A stretch of 64,000 nt of DNA from Planctomycetota bacterium (GCA_965223265.1 OZ244999.1:1-64000); one strand, 5' to 3'; positions 9,051 through 19,741 are shown, counted from the stretch's first letter. The notes: generated by a model not told the origin, from the letters alone. A program made the numbers and translations.

Positions 9051-12000
9051 TCAGTCACACGCTGAGTGCGATCGGCAACTGAGAATATCGGGCGTCGGAT
9101 CGAAGCCGCAACCGGCGAACGGCGCCGGCGGGGTGACACTTTCGCCACGGAAGAGATGGAGCAGAATGTTGAGCGCGTCGGTGACGTTGATGCGTCCGTC
9201 GTCGTTGGCGTCCGCGGCACTCAGGCAAGAAGGGATTTCGCCGCGGCGGAAAAGGAGATTCAGCACCTGCAGCGCATCGGAGAGATCGACCGTAGAGTCG
9301 GCATTGACGTCGGCGCGCCGGAAGCGGCTGCCTGAGCCGAGAGGTGTCCGCGCCCACGACTCGACGCCAACCTCCGCGAGGACGTCGAAGTTTTCGCCAA
9401 GATAGGCAGCACGCCGCATCAAGGGGCGATTGGGATCATCGAAATCGACACGCTCGTCGAAGAGCTCGACGGCGTGGATCGTTCCGTCGACTGCTGCCAG
9501 GTCGACCGGCGGATCGAGAAGGACCCAGTAGCGCACGTCGGAGTTGTGCTTGAACGCGGAATAGACGAGTCGAAAGTAGTCGCCCGTTGACCGGGTTGCT
9601 CCGCCGATCGAAAGAGTCGCGCTCTCGAGCATTGCTGGCGAGGTCGAGAAGATCGTCCGATCGTCATCGAAGCGCTCTTCGAGCACCAGAGTGGTTCCAT
9701 CGGCCAGCGTCGCATCGATGCGTCCGGCTGGAAGTTGAGTGTAGCGACACGATCCGTAGCGCAGCACTGGGTCGCCATCGAGCTGACCCTGAATGGCTTC
9801 GTTGCCTGGATCAGCGGTCAGAAAGTCTTCGTCGATTGTGAGACGCGCGTCGATGGGCTCGTCGCCGTCGGCGCGGAATTCGAGAGGAGTGACGATCTCG
9901 AGTAGCAGCTCCCGTGCTCCCGGTAGCTCGAAGAACTGCGCGTAGGTGAAGCGGTACGTGGTTTGGCGGTTGCTTCCTGGTGAGCGCTGCACGGTGAAGC
10001 GACCGGAGTCGACGGGGACCGCCACCTCGCGCCCCGGCCCGACGATGACCTCGTCAAAAATCTCCGCAGTAAAACCTTCGGCGAGCGTCTCGAGGCGAAT
10101 GACACCGCTCTTCAAACGCACAGTCGATTTTAGCTGCAGTTCGTCGCGTGGTCCGCGGCCAGCGCCGGCGAGCGCGAAGACACCGCAGGCCGTCGTATTC
10201 GGTGGAATCTCAAGCTCGAACACCGGTGCAGCCGGGAGATCGCCGAGGAGGAACGGTCGCACCTGTTTCACCGCGAGCTCGCCGTCCGGCATGAATTTGA
10301 ACTCGAGGTCGAGGAGAACGTCTCGGCGTGAGAATTCTCCGAGCTCGAGTTCGTAGTTTTGGTCGATGTGCCACATGAGCTCACCGAGCTCGTGCAGCTG
10401 CGCGTCGCTCAAGACGTACTCTCCCGCGGGAAGAAGCGACGAGACCTCCACGCGAACGATCCGTGTGATGCGGCCTTCGATCACTTCGAGCAGGGTTCTC
10501 TCGGCGCGCACGCCAGGGTCGGGGCTGACGACGCTTTCCTCTCCAGCCTGAACGGTGATCACGAAGCGTCGATCGAGAGCGTTCGACGGGTTGCCCGTGA
10601 AAGCGACGCCATTGGCCGCCTCGTCAATGAATGTACGGTTGACCAGGATGCCCATCGACGTCGGCTCCTGAGGGATGCCGAAGAACTCTCTCTCCTCGAA
10701 GGCTCGGAAGTTCCAGAGACTGCTCCAGACTCGTTTGAGAGCTCGTGCGATCGTGCGTTCGTTTTCCCGCGTCGCATCGCACAGCGAAGGGCCAGCCGTG
10801 TCGGCGTCGAGGTCGTCTGCTACACAGCCTGACGTGGAGTCATAGAGGCCCGCGCCGCTGAAGAGGAGTCCGTCCTCGACGTTTGATGACGAGCGGAATC
10901 GAACTCGTGTCGTTGGTTCGGCCCCCATCACTTCGGCGACGCGGGCGGCGATCGTCGCAACGAGCGCGGGATCGACTTGGCTTTCAGTGCGCATGTGGTC
11001 GCGAAGAGCGCTCAGCGCCTGCGCGCGGAAGCGAGAGTCTGTTCGAAACGCCTCGAAGCTCAGCAGTTCGGCGATGTATTCCTCGTAGCTCACGAGGTGT
11101 GTGGCGTTAGCCAACGACGGCAGTTCATTCGAGCGCAGAAACTGTACGTAATATCGCACGGGAATTGCGAATCCACGTTCGATGTATTGGCTCCACGGGG
11201 GATCTTGAAGAATGCGCTGCAGCCTGGCGAGTCCTGTCGCTTTGCCACCGACACGCGACACACTGAGTCCAGTTTCCGGTTCCGCAGCAGCATCGAAGGC
11301 AGAGATCTCAAGGAGGGTCGGGAGGGCGCCGAACTGCTCGTCGCGTCGTGGCTCGATGGGCAGCGTCGGTCGGCTTTCCCAGAATTCTATCGCTTCCGCG
11401 ATTTCCCCGACGCGCACGAGGAGGCGATCGCTCTGCACCTCGAGTCGAACAAGCTCGCCTTCGAGAGGTGCGAATGTCTCGAGTGCCGTCGCCGAGAAAG
11501 CGTTCGGCGTGCCGCGGCCTGCGGTCCGGATGAGCAGATGGCTCAAAGCGGTCTGCGGTTCCGTCGTGACAACACCGCCGAAGACGCCTTCGATATCGCG
11601 CGGCGCATGGTCGAGAACGAGGATGTCCTGGAAGCTGATTTCGCCGCCGGAGTTGGCCTGCTCAAGGGCGTCGGCGTCAAGGATTCGAACGCGTCCGAAA
11701 CCAACGCCCGTGGTGTAAGCTTGATACGCTCTCGCGGTGTCTCCACAGATGGTGAACTGCGTGTTCGTCCACGTACTCGAAGCTTGTCGGGCGAACGTGT
11801 TGTCAGGGAAGTAGCAGAGGGCGCCCAGATCGAACGCCTGAGTCAGAGCGGTGTGCACTGCGGTGACCTCGTCTTGCGAGAGGACTTCGTCCGTGCTCGA
11901 CGTATCGACGGCGACGGTGAACGCGAATCTCGGATCTGTCTCCGATCCGGGATCGACCTCGACCTCGACTACGACTCCGACGTAGTAGTCGCGCGTGCGT

Positions 12001-14555
12001 CGACGGCCGACGAGCGTGTTGTACTGCTCCGCCGTCAGCGCTGGGAAACGATCGGGAAACACTCGCGCGAGGAACTCCTGGTGCAGCGAGTAGCGTTTTG
12101 TGTTCTGGAACAGCGGCGGCAGTAGAGACGGATCCTCCGGGCGCGCGGGGACGATGTACTTGTTCGCCCGCCTATCGCTCGACGAGCGAATCGAGAGCGC
12201 GTCGAAGTCATCGGGGGTACACAGCGTCTCGAGAAAGTCGATATCGAGGCGACGCGTCTCGCTCGTGTTGGTGAGGTGGGTGATCTCGGCGGAGTTCCGA
12301 TCGAGCGAGACCACGTCGACGTCGCCGTCGCTGTCGAAATCGCCGTGAACGACGTAGCGCGGCCCGTCACCGACGGGGAAACGCAACTCTCTGCGGAACA
12401 GGCCGTCGCCCTCGCCGATCAGTATGGTCACCGAGCTGCTGTCTTCATCGGCGGTGACGAGGTCCGTGGCGCCGTCTCCGTCGATATCTGCAGCGCGCAC
12501 GGAATATGGTTCAACACCAATTGGAAAGAGCTGTGGCGGACCAAACGTTCCGTTGCCACTGTTGAGGATGACGCCGATCTCGTCGAGTCCCTCAATGGCT
12601 GCAGCGATGTCGGGCGCGCCGTCGCGGTTGAAGTCACCGACCGCGACCGAGCGCGTGCCACCGGAAATCGGGTTCACCCCCAGGAGAGAAAATGACGCAG
12701 CCCCATCGTTTTCGAGCACCCAGATTTCGGAGGAGGTTCTCGTGGCAACAGCGAGGTCGGAGTCCCCGTCGCCATCGAGATCGGCAGCCTCGAGCTCCCA
12801 GGGTTCACGCCCGACAGCAACCTCGAACGAGTCGGCGAAAGAGCCGCCGCCGTCGTTGAGAATTATGCTCAGGTTGTTCCCCAGCTGGTTGGCGCTGATG
12901 AGGTCGGGCGCACCGTCACTGTTGAGGTCGCTCGTCTCGACAGAGAACGGTCGCTGGTCAGTCGTCGCGTAGAGCCACCTCTCGAACCCACCCGTACCGT
13001 CATTGAAGAACACCAGCAATTCGTTGTTGAGGCGATCAGCGAGCACGATGTCGACAGCGCCGTCGCGGTCGAAGTCGGCGGAATCGATGAAGTTAAGATC
13101 TCGTCGGCCGTTGTTCGCTGCACTGGACGGGGTGTCAGGCGGCGTCGTTTCGACCGGTTGATCGAGAAAACCATCGCTGCGGCCGAAGAGGAGAGAGAAG
13201 TTTTTGTTGAAGTTGCCGTTCGCGGTGGCCACGTCGAGCCTGCCATCGCCATTGAAATCAGCGACGGTGCCACTGTGGGGGCGAATGGTGATTCCCACCG
13301 TTGTCCGCTGCAGATCGAGAGCCACGCCGTCGCCGTTCCAGAGCAGATTGAGTTCGTTCGGGCTCGAGAGCGCGAGTTCGAAGTCACCATCGCCGTCGAA
13401 GTCGCCGGCGCGAACGTCCAAGATTCCTCGGCGTACATTCGGGGCAACCGCGGTGGTGCCAAACTCACCTGCACCATCGCCTGCCAGAACGCGTACTTCG
13501 CCGTTGATGGCATCGAAGATGGCGATGTCGATGTCACCGTCGGCGTCGAAGTCGTCGGCTGTAACGACGCGCGTGACGATCTCGAACGTCTTGGCGATCT
13601 CGAATGTCCCATTGCCGTCGCCCGCTAGTAGAGTCACGTCTCGACTGTTGGTCGTGAGGACGTCATGGGTGCCGTTGCCATCGAAGTCGCCTACACACAG
13701 CGCCGTAGGGCGTCGTCCGGTCGGGAAGGTGGTCGCGGGATCGAATGTACCATCGCCACGATTGCGAAAAGCCATGAGTTCGCTGGCTGTGGATTCGGCG
13801 ACGACAAGGTCGAGGCGAGAGTCTGCGTCGACGTCGGCGACGTCAACGTCGACCGGCGTGGGCCCGACCTGGACGACTGTCGGCGCGTCGAAGGTGCCGT
13901 CGCCGCGGTTGGTGAACACCTGGGCGGCGTCCTCGCCAACGTTGATTGTTACGAGCTCGGGACGACCGTCGCCGCTGAGATCTCCCGTTTTGACGATGCG
14001 CGTTGCAGAGAAGACTGCATACTCCACCGGCCTTTCGAAGGTGCCGTCGCCGCGATTGAGAAAGACGAGAAGAACTGTTGAGTTGGCGCTGACAACGTCG
14101 CCGTCACCGTCGCCGTCGAGATCGTCTGCAGTCAGCCCCGAAAGATCGAGGCCAGCGTCATACTCGACGCCCGGAAGGAATTCGCCGTCGGGCCCCGTGA
14201 CGAAGACGACGAGCGTTGACGCTTTCGTGTCGTCGCGAAATCCGGTCACTAAATCGTCGATGCCGTCGCCGTTGACGTCGGCGATGACGACGTCGCGCGG
14301 CTCGAACGGCAGGGTCAAGCTCTGCTCGCCGAACCCAAAGACGATGGGGTCGAGCTCACACTCGTCAGGCGTACCGTCGTCATTGCAATCAGCAGCTGAT
14401 CCAGCAACGACCTCCTCGGTGTCCAACGTTCCGTTCAGGTTGCAGTCCGCTGCGCGCGTGGTCGCCGCGAACGACAACGCGAAAAGACAAAGTGTGCTGA
14501 GGAGAGCGGAAAGACAGGGTGGTGAGGAGCGCTTTCCTGTCGAACTCGGTGTCAT
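9051..14555 (-). CDS. Large exported protein: FG-GAP repeats + phosphohistidine/PEP-pyruvate-binding (dikinase-like ATP-grasp) module + dockerin-like C-terminus
   Basis: Signal peptide; DCN..G..D..E motif; many D(F/L/V)(D/N)GDG..D repeats; QTALSHLLIR, VGGKATGL, GFAIP, RSSSNVEDG..FSGAGLYDS, KRVWSSLWN.RA..ER, ANGVAFT, DLEFK, KQVRP; RRADVNADSTVDLSD tail. Confidence 0.82.
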   Translation of the reverse strand: MTPSSTGKRSSPPCLSALLSTLCLFALSFAATTRAADCNLNGTLDTEEVVAGSAADCNDDGTPDECELDPIVFGFGEQSLTLPFEPRDVVIADVNGDGIDDLVTGFRDDTKASTLVVFVTGPDGEFLPGVEYDAGLDLSGLTADDLDGDGDGDVVSANSTVLLVFLNRGDGTFERPVEYAVFSATRIVKTGDLSGDGRPELVTINVGEDAAQVFTNRGDGTFDAPTVVQVGPTPVDVDVADVDADSRLDLVVAESTASELMAFRNRGDGTFDPATTFPTGRRPTALCVGDFDGNGTHDVLTTNSRDVTLLAGDGNGTFEIAKTFEIVTRVVTADDFDADGDIDIAIFDAINGEVRVLAGDGAGEFGTTAVAPNVRRGILDVRAGDFDGDGDFELALSSPNELNLLWNGDGVALDLQRTTVGITIRPHSGTVADFNGDGRLDVATANGNFNKNFSLLFGRSDGFLDQPVETTPPDTPSSAANNGRRDLNFIDSADFDRDGAVDIVLADRLNNELLVFFNDGTGGFERWLYATTDQRPFSVETSDLNSDGAPDLISANQLGNNLSIILNDGGGSFADSFEVAVGREPWELEAADLDGDGDSDLAVATRTSSEIWVLENDGAASFSLLGVNPISGGTRSVAVGDFNRDGAPDIAAAIEGLDEIGVILNSGNGTFGPPQLFPIGVEPYSVRAADIDGDGATDLVTADEDSSSVTILIGEGDGLFRRELRFPVGDGPRYVVHGDFDSDGDVDVVSLDRNSAEITHLTNTSETRRLDIDFLETLCTPDDFDALSIRSSSDRRANKYIVPARPEDPSLLPPLFQNTKRYSLHQEFLARVFPDRFPALTAEQYNTLVGRRRTRDYYVGVVVEVEVDPGSETDPRFAFTVAVDTSSTDEVLSQDEVTAVHTALTQAFDLGALCYFPDNTFARQASSTWTNTQFTICGDTARAYQAYTTGVGFGRVRILDADALEQANSGGEISFQDILVLDHAPRDIEGVFGGVVTTEPQTALSHLLIRTAGRGTPNAFSATALETFAPLEGELVRLEVQSDRLLVRVGEIAEAIEFWESRPTLPIEPRRDEQFGALPTLLEISAFDAAAEPETGLSVSRVGGKATGLARLQRILQDPPWSQYIERGFAIPVRYYVQFLRSNELPSLANATHLVSYEEYIAELLSFEAFRTDSRFRAQALSALRDHMRTESQVDPALVATIAARVAEVMGAEPTTRVRFRSSSNVEDGLLFSGAGLYDSTSGCVADDLDADTAGPSLCDATRENERTIARALKRVWSSLWNFRAFEEREFFGIPQEPTSMGILVNRTFIDEAANGVAFTGNPSNALDRRFVITVQAGEESVVSPDPGVRAERTLLEVIEGRITRIVRVEVSSLLPAGEYVLSDAQLHELGELMWHIDQNYELELGEFSRRDVLLDLEFKFMPDGELAVKQVRPFLLGDLPAAPVFELEIPPNTTACGVFALAGAGRGPRDELQLKSTVRLKSGVIRLETLAEGFTAEIFDEVIVGPGREVAVPVDSGRFTVQRSPGSNRQTTYRFTYAQFFELPGARELLLEIVTPLEFRADGDEPIDARLTIDEDFLTADPGNEAIQGQLDGDPVLRYGSCRYTQLPAGRIDATLADGTTLVLEERFDDDRTIFSTSPAMLESATLSIGGATRSTGDYFRLVYSAFKHNSDVRYWVLLDPPVDLAAVDGTIHAVELFDERVDFDDPNRPLMRRAAYLGENFDVLAEVGVESWARTPLGSGSRFRRADVNADSTVDLSDALQVLNLLFRRGEIPSCLSAADANDDGRINVTDALNILLHLFRGESVTPPAPFAGCGFDPTPDILSCRSHSACD

Positions 14556-14641
14556 CGATCCTCACGGTTTTCAGCGATCTTCGGACATGAGCCCAGCTCG
14601 GAACTACGAACCAGCCAACGGATATCTTGGGACGTGACGTC

Positions 14642-17600
14642 CTACAGTTCCCGCAAGCAAGTTGTCGGGCATGTGGCGACCGGGATGCAAGCCCCTCCCA
14701 TCGCGTGCGGGGCACCGCCGCGGAACAGGTAGAGGAGCATGTGCAGCGGGTCGGACAAATCGACGGTCGTGCTGCCGTCGGCGTCCATCAGAGCTAGGTT
14801 GCTCTGGGCTTCGAGCGTTCCATCACCACACGGCAGCGAAAACGCCTGGCCCTTGAAGAGGTAGATCAGCAAGTTGATCGGGTCAGAAACGTTCAGGCGT
14901 GCGTCCTGGTTGATGTCCCCCGGCACCTGAAACCCTAGCTGCAGTGCCGGATCCGAGACGCTGTTGATCGCGCCTGGCGTGCCGCCTAGAGGTTTCGAGC
15001 TGGCCCAATTGAGAACCTCGTTGCCGAACTCAGTCGCTGTACGCCGCTCGAGGCTGCTTCCCTCGCCGTCAGGGCTCTCTGGCCACGGGGCGCGATCGTT
15101 GAAACGGACCATGTCGACGACCGTGAATCCCTCCGGCGCATCTCTCGTAGGTTTGAGAAGCCGAAGCCGCTCGCCAGTATTGGATAATTGCCCTCCGAAC
15201 GGTCCGACGATAGTGGCCGCGGGGTCAATGTCGAGAGCGACGCGATAAATCTCTGGGTCGGTCGGAACGATCAGTAGATATCCGGAGGCAGGAACGATCG
15301 AACCGTTTGGGAAAAAGAAATCGTCCTGGCCGTTCGGCGCATTGATGCCGGTCAGTTCCCAGCCCGAGATGTCAATCGGGCTCGCCGTGGTATTGACGAG
15401 CTCAATGAACTCGTCTTCGTCTTGGTCTTCGATCGGGTGGTAGTGAACCTCGTTGATCGCGATCTGAGGCGTACGTGGAGCCGCGTTCGCCTCGCCCAGG
15501 GTCGGCGAGTTTAGGGGGAAGAACTCGAGGCCAGTGCTGGTCTCGTGACGACCGACCGTAGCGCCGGCTTCGACCGCGCTGTACGAGACTGCCGCGATGT
15601 ATCCACTGAACGAGCCGTCCGGGTGGCTCGCTGACAAGAAGAGCTCACCGCCCGTTGGACTCAATGAAAGTCCCAGGTCGGCAGTGGAGAGGACGACATA
15701 CCCGCCTGGCGGCAGTGACGTTGCAGCCGGCACGCGGGCTTCAGCCAGCGCGCTCAAGTCATCTCTTGAAGTGCTGAGGTACCAGCCGCTGACGTTCACT
15801 TCGCGATCGGTGAAGTTGACAAGCTCGATAGAACCCGGACCGTTCCCGGCCACGTCGTCCGCGCCCCGCGCCATCACTTCGTTCACGACGACGCCGCCAT
15901 GCGCGGGCTCAGGGTCCACCGCTCCCGGCGATCCATCGAGTTCAGCGCTTGCCCGCCAGCTTCGCGGATCGTCTGGATCGCTGTCGATGGCGTCCAATAC
16001 GAGTGAGTACCCGAAACCGCTGGGGCCGATCGGCCAGAAACCAGAACTTTCGTAATTCACAGAAAACAGGACTTCGCCCTCTCCGTCGACGAGCTCCACG
16101 CGCTCCCCGTTCCCGGACAGCCGCGCGGTGTAGGTGCCGAACGGCTCGACGTCCGGGTAGCGCTCGCGGAACGATGGTTCATCGGCAACGAGTACGATGG
16201 ATTCGCCGGGAGCGAGCATGTCTCCCGCCCTGAAGGCGAATGAGATTCCATCGCTGAACTGTACGCCGTTGAGATCGACTGCGGTGCCACCGGGGTTTGT
16301 GAGTTCCAGAAACTCGAAGTTGGCTCCAGCGACGTTCTCGTCGCCTTGCGCGTCGTACATCATTTCCGAGATCACGATGAAACCGGGTTGGAAGCCGCTG
16401 ACGATGAACTGCGCTTCGTTCAGAGCACTCCAGACAAGCTCTGTCCCCTCTTCGGACTCCATGCTCGCGAGCGTCCGCGCTTTCAGCAGCCCGTGGCTGT
16501 CGAATCGGATTTCGCCTCCCGCGTAGAGTTGAGCGCTTGGAGACACCTCGCCGGTGCCGAACGTGCGTGGGTCGCTACCGTCAAGTGTGTAGTAGATATC
16601 ACCGACTGTGTCGCCCGGTAGGGAAATCGTCACCGCCGTCTCGCGGGCGATCTCACCACCGTGTTGACTGAACGTAGGCGCATCGACCGGCGGGTAGTAG
16701 CCACGGCGAACGAACTGTGACAGGACGATGTCGGAACGTTGGCGGAAGTAGTTCTGAACCCATCGGAGTTCATTCAACCAATCCTGGCGCGAATACGGAG
16801 GGGACTTTCGTGTGTCGCCCCACCGGGCCGACTCGAGGAGAATCGCTTCGTTCACCTCGCGGGCGCGTCGCATGTAGATGTCGGCGGGTCGATTTGCCTC
16901 GGGCTGAGACGGGTGCCAGGCGCGCCCGCCATCGACATGCAGCACCCCGCCATTGAAGAAGTGACGATGGATGTGATCGGCAAACAGTGTGCGGTAATCA
17001 GCGTTGATTCCTAGACGCGTATAGAACTCGGTTGGTGTGTCCGACACGAAGACACCTGTCTGATTGACCGAAGCGTTCTTCAGCACGTGCTCGGCGTCCC
17101 AACTGAAAAAGCGATAGCGACCATCCGGGGCGCGACGGTATGTCGCGTACCAGTTGTGCCGTGGCCAATCGTCGTTGCCGCAAAAGATGTTGACGATCAT
17201 GTAGTCGATCAGATTGGGCACGTCGAGCATCTCCGCTACTTTGAGGTAGCCCGAGCTGCTCTCGACGCCGTTATTCAAACGAGATCGCAGTTCCTTCCAA
17301 GCGATAGCGTTTCCCTCGACGACGTTGCCGCCGGTGTGTTTGAGGACGTCATACTCCGACTTTAGCCCGCCGTAGTACGCGGCCGAGAAGGAGTCATCCG
17401 GTCGTTCGTGAAGATCATAGACGCCCCAGTAGATGCCGTTGAGGAAAAGGTGGACGAACCGGCCGTGCGGCGCCACGCCATCGGTCAGGATCTGCAAATC
17501 GCTGACAAATTGGTCGCGGATGTACTGAGCCCGGATGCGCTGGCCGTGGTCGGGGTGGTTCCAGGTCAAGTTGAGCCCGGCGTCGAGGACCAGAGCGTCG

Positions 17601-19741
17601 AACTCGCGTACCGGTGAATCCGCGTAGAGTTTGTAGGTGAGTCTTGAGGGGCCATAGCGATTCTTGAAGAGAAGTCGCATAGAGACCTTTTTCGACTTCC
17701 AGCCGCCGGTGCTGCTGCCACCTTGGATACGGATGCCACAGTTGGCCTGAAACCCGACTTCCCCCTGTAGCGGGTCGATGAATTCAACGGATGTCGGCCG
17801 TTCCCAAGCCAGACCGCTGGAGCTTGGATTCTGGTAGATCCCCGTGGCCGGGTCGAACAGATGGACGTCATGCGTCACGACGGACACGGTCGGCAGCGCC
17901 ATGAGTCCTTCCCACGCCAGTTCCGGATTCGGGTCGACGACGTCCGGATCGACCTCGTAGTCGGAAGTTGTGCCTTTCCACGGATCGGGCATGCCGGCTG
18001 GAACTTTCGGTTGGCGAAAAACTCGGTCGGCGAAGACGTAGGAATGCGTCACCACCTCCGATGGAATCAACCCGTCCTTGTAGACAGCCGCGCGGACCAT
18101 TGCGATCGAGCGGTCTGCCAGTGGCTCCACACGCACGCGATCCGTGTAGACCTCGCCGTTCTCCGGGCCTGGTGTCGTCCCGTCCGTCGTGAAGTAGAGT
18201 GTCGCGTTCGGCTCGAGAGTCGAGAGCGTGAGCTCGAACGGTTCAGTTTGGAAGCTCCGTTTGACGCTGAAGCGAGGCGGGCGCGTGAAGCCATGGAGGT
18301 CGATCGTTGCCGCATTCTGTTCCCCGGGCGTCGCCGTCGCGAAGTAGCCGATCTGGCCGTCTTGTGCGACACCGTACGAATAGTCGGCGCGCTGCGCTGG
18401 AAACTCGAACTCGCTGACAAGCGTTCGAGGCGACTCCGTATCGAACAGGCGCAGTGTTTCGCCGTTCTTCTCGAGAGAAAAGTTCGTGTGCAGCTCTTCA
18501 CCGAACCTGCTGCGATCCTTGCGCGACGCGAAGACGACGAGCCGCTCTCCTGCACCCAGGAGGAATCCAGGGAAACGCCACTTCTCCGCGTCGGCCGAAT
18601 CGGTCACGGTCCAGCCACCAAGGTCGACTGCAAAGGAACTCAGGTTCCTCAGCTCGAACCAGTCTTCGTTGTCGCCATCGGAATCGAGTAGACCGACCCC
18701 GTTGGCGGCAAGCACCTCGGTGAAAACGATGTTTGGTGCCGGTCGGTTTGGATCAACCTCGTAAGTCCACCCGTCGCCATCGGGAACAAAACTGTTCGGT
18801 CTTCGGACAGCGTCTGTGATGTCATGGTCGCTGGACCACGTCACGTGTACGGTCCCGGCTGGCAGCGATGGGAAGGCGAACCGATAGGCTTCTTCGTCCC
18901 CTGCGAGGCGCGTGACGGAGGAGGCTGGCACGTCTCCGAGCAGGAGATCCGTTGCATCCACTCCCTGCACGGGTTCATCGAAAACGATGTCGATGCTCTC
19001 GAGCGACTTCAAGACCGCGAGCGGTGTAGGGATGATCTGTGTGATCGTTGGCGGCGTCTGATCTGGCCCGAGGGGGTCGAAGATCTCGACGTCGAGGTAG
19101 TAATCGTTGCTCGTAGGACTGAAGTTAAAACCCTGTGCGGCGATCACGTTGCGACCGGGAACGAGCATCGCCGCCGCGTCGGAGATGACGAAGTTCCGAA
19201 AGCTCCTCGGCGGATGCGTTGAGTTCGACACACTGTCGAACGCAACAAAGTCGCCGGGCTCGCCGGCGACGCGTTCGCGCACGGCTTCGACACCGTTGAT
19301 CCAGAGCAAGAGGCCGTCGTCGAAGCGGGCGCTGAGGGTCAACTCAGTCACCTCTTCGACGTCGCGAATGAAGAACTCGCTACGCAGAAAAACAGATGAG
19401 TAGTTGCCGCGCATTGGCGGTTCGGCCGTGGCGAGGTCCGTTGTCACGGTCACTGCTGTGCCGTATCCGATGGGAAGTGCGCCGCTGAGCCAGGTGCTAT
19501 CGTCGAACTCGGGCTGGCGCCACGCCGTGGGATCTGGAGATGAGGCTTCTTGCGTTCCCGGCAGATACTTCCACTCGCTGCTTCGCTCCAAATAGAGAAT
19601 AAAATCGCCGCGAACGGCGGTTGCTGAGCCCAGCACCACGGCCATGACGCAGGCCTGCTGCAGTGCGGTGCGTAGCCTTTGTCTGTAGACCGCGCCACTG
19701 GATCGACAACCGTCGCTGAGTTCGTTTCGCCCAAGTCTCAT
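14642..19741 (-). CDS. Exported CotH-like kinase with lamin-tail (LTD), FN3-associated and Ig-like domains and a dockerin-like tail
   Basis: Probable ATG 19741 (GGAG RBS). LTD motifs (FTEVLAAN..DWFELRN, ISEMMY..EFLELTN, INEVHYHP..EFIELVN); CotH motifs LFLNGIYWGVYDLHERPD, DWPRHNW, WDAE, ESARWGD; PGDINQDARLNVSD tail. Confidence 0.85.
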   Translation of the reverse strand: MRLGRNELSDGCRSSGAVYRQRLRTALQQACVMAVVLGSATAVRGDFILYLERSSEWKYLPGTQEASSPDPTAWRQPEFDDSTWLSGALPIGYGTAVTVTTDLATAEPPMRGNYSSVFLRSEFFIRDVEEVTELTLSARFDDGLLLWINGVEAVRERVAGEPGDFVAFDSVSNSTHPPRSFRNFVISDAAAMLVPGRNVIAAQGFNFSPTSNDYYLDVEIFDPLGPDQTPPTITQIIPTPLAVLKSLESIDIVFDEPVQGVDATDLLLGDVPASSVTRLAGDEEAYRFAFPSLPAGTVHVTWSSDHDITDAVRRPNSFVPDGDGWTYEVDPNRPAPNIVFTEVLAANGVGLLDSDGDNEDWFELRNLSSFAVDLGGWTVTDSADAEKWRFPGFLLGAGERLVVFASRKDRSRFGEELHTNFSLEKNGETLRLFDTESPRTLVSEFEFPAQRADYSYGVAQDGQIGYFATATPGEQNAATIDLHGFTRPPRFSVKRSFQTEPFELTLSTLEPNATLYFTTDGTTPGPENGEVYTDRVRVEPLADRSIAMVRAAVYKDGLIPSEVVTHSYVFADRVFRQPKVPAGMPDPWKGTTSDYEVDPDVVDPNPELAWEGLMALPTVSVVTHDVHLFDPATGIYQNPSSSGLAWERPTSVEFIDPLQGEVGFQANCGIRIQGGSSTGGWKSKKVSMRLLFKNRYGPSRLTYKLYADSPVREFDALVLDAGLNLTWNHPDHGQRIRAQYIRDQFVSDLQILTDGVAPHGRFVHLFLNGIYWGVYDLHERPDDSFSAAYYGGLKSEYDVLKHTGGNVVEGNAIAWKELRSRLNNGVESSSGYLKVAEMLDVPNLIDYMIVNIFCGNDDWPRHNWYATYRRAPDGRYRFFSWDAEHVLKNASVNQTGVFVSDTPTEFYTRLGINADYRTLFADHIHRHFFNGGVLHVDGGRAWHPSQPEANRPADIYMRRAREVNEAILLESARWGDTRKSPPYSRQDWLNELRWVQNYFRQRSDIVLSQFVRRGYYPPVDAPTFSQHGGEIARETAVTISLPGDTVGDIYYTLDGSDPRTFGTGEVSPSAQLYAGGEIRFDSHGLLKARTLASMESEEGTELVWSALNEAQFIVSGFQPGFIVISEMMYDAQGDENVAGANFEFLELTNPGGTAVDLNGVQFSDGISFAFRAGDMLAPGESIVLVADEPSFRERYPDVEPFGTYTARLSGNGERVELVDGEGEVLFSVNYESSGFWPIGPSGFGYSLVLDAIDSDPDDPRSWRASAELDGSPGAVDPEPAHGGVVVNEVMARGADDVAGNGPGSIELVNFTDREVNVSGWYLSTSRDDLSALAEARVPAATSLPPGGYVVLSTADLGLSLSPTGGELFLSASHPDGSFSGYIAAVSYSAVEAGATVGRHETSTGLEFFPLNSPTLGEANAAPRTPQIAINEVHYHPIEDQDEDEFIELVNTTASPIDISGWELTGINAPNGQDDFFFPNGSIVPASGYLLIVPTDPEIYRVALDIDPAATIVGPFGGQLSNTGERLRLLKPTRDAPEGFTVVDMVRFNDRAPWPESPDGEGSSLERRTATEFGNEVLNWASSKPLGGTPGAINSVSDPALQLGFQVPGDINQDARLNVSDPINLLIYLFKGQAFSLPCGDGTLEAQSNLALMDADGSTTVDLSDPLHMLLYLFRGGAPHAMGGACIPVATCPTTCLREL

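Noticed and set aside
13204-14637. 477-aa Ser/Pro-rich plus-strand ORF (and similar ones such as 35542-36960 minus)
   Set aside because: Antisense shadows of Asp/Gly-rich repeats in GC-rich genes.
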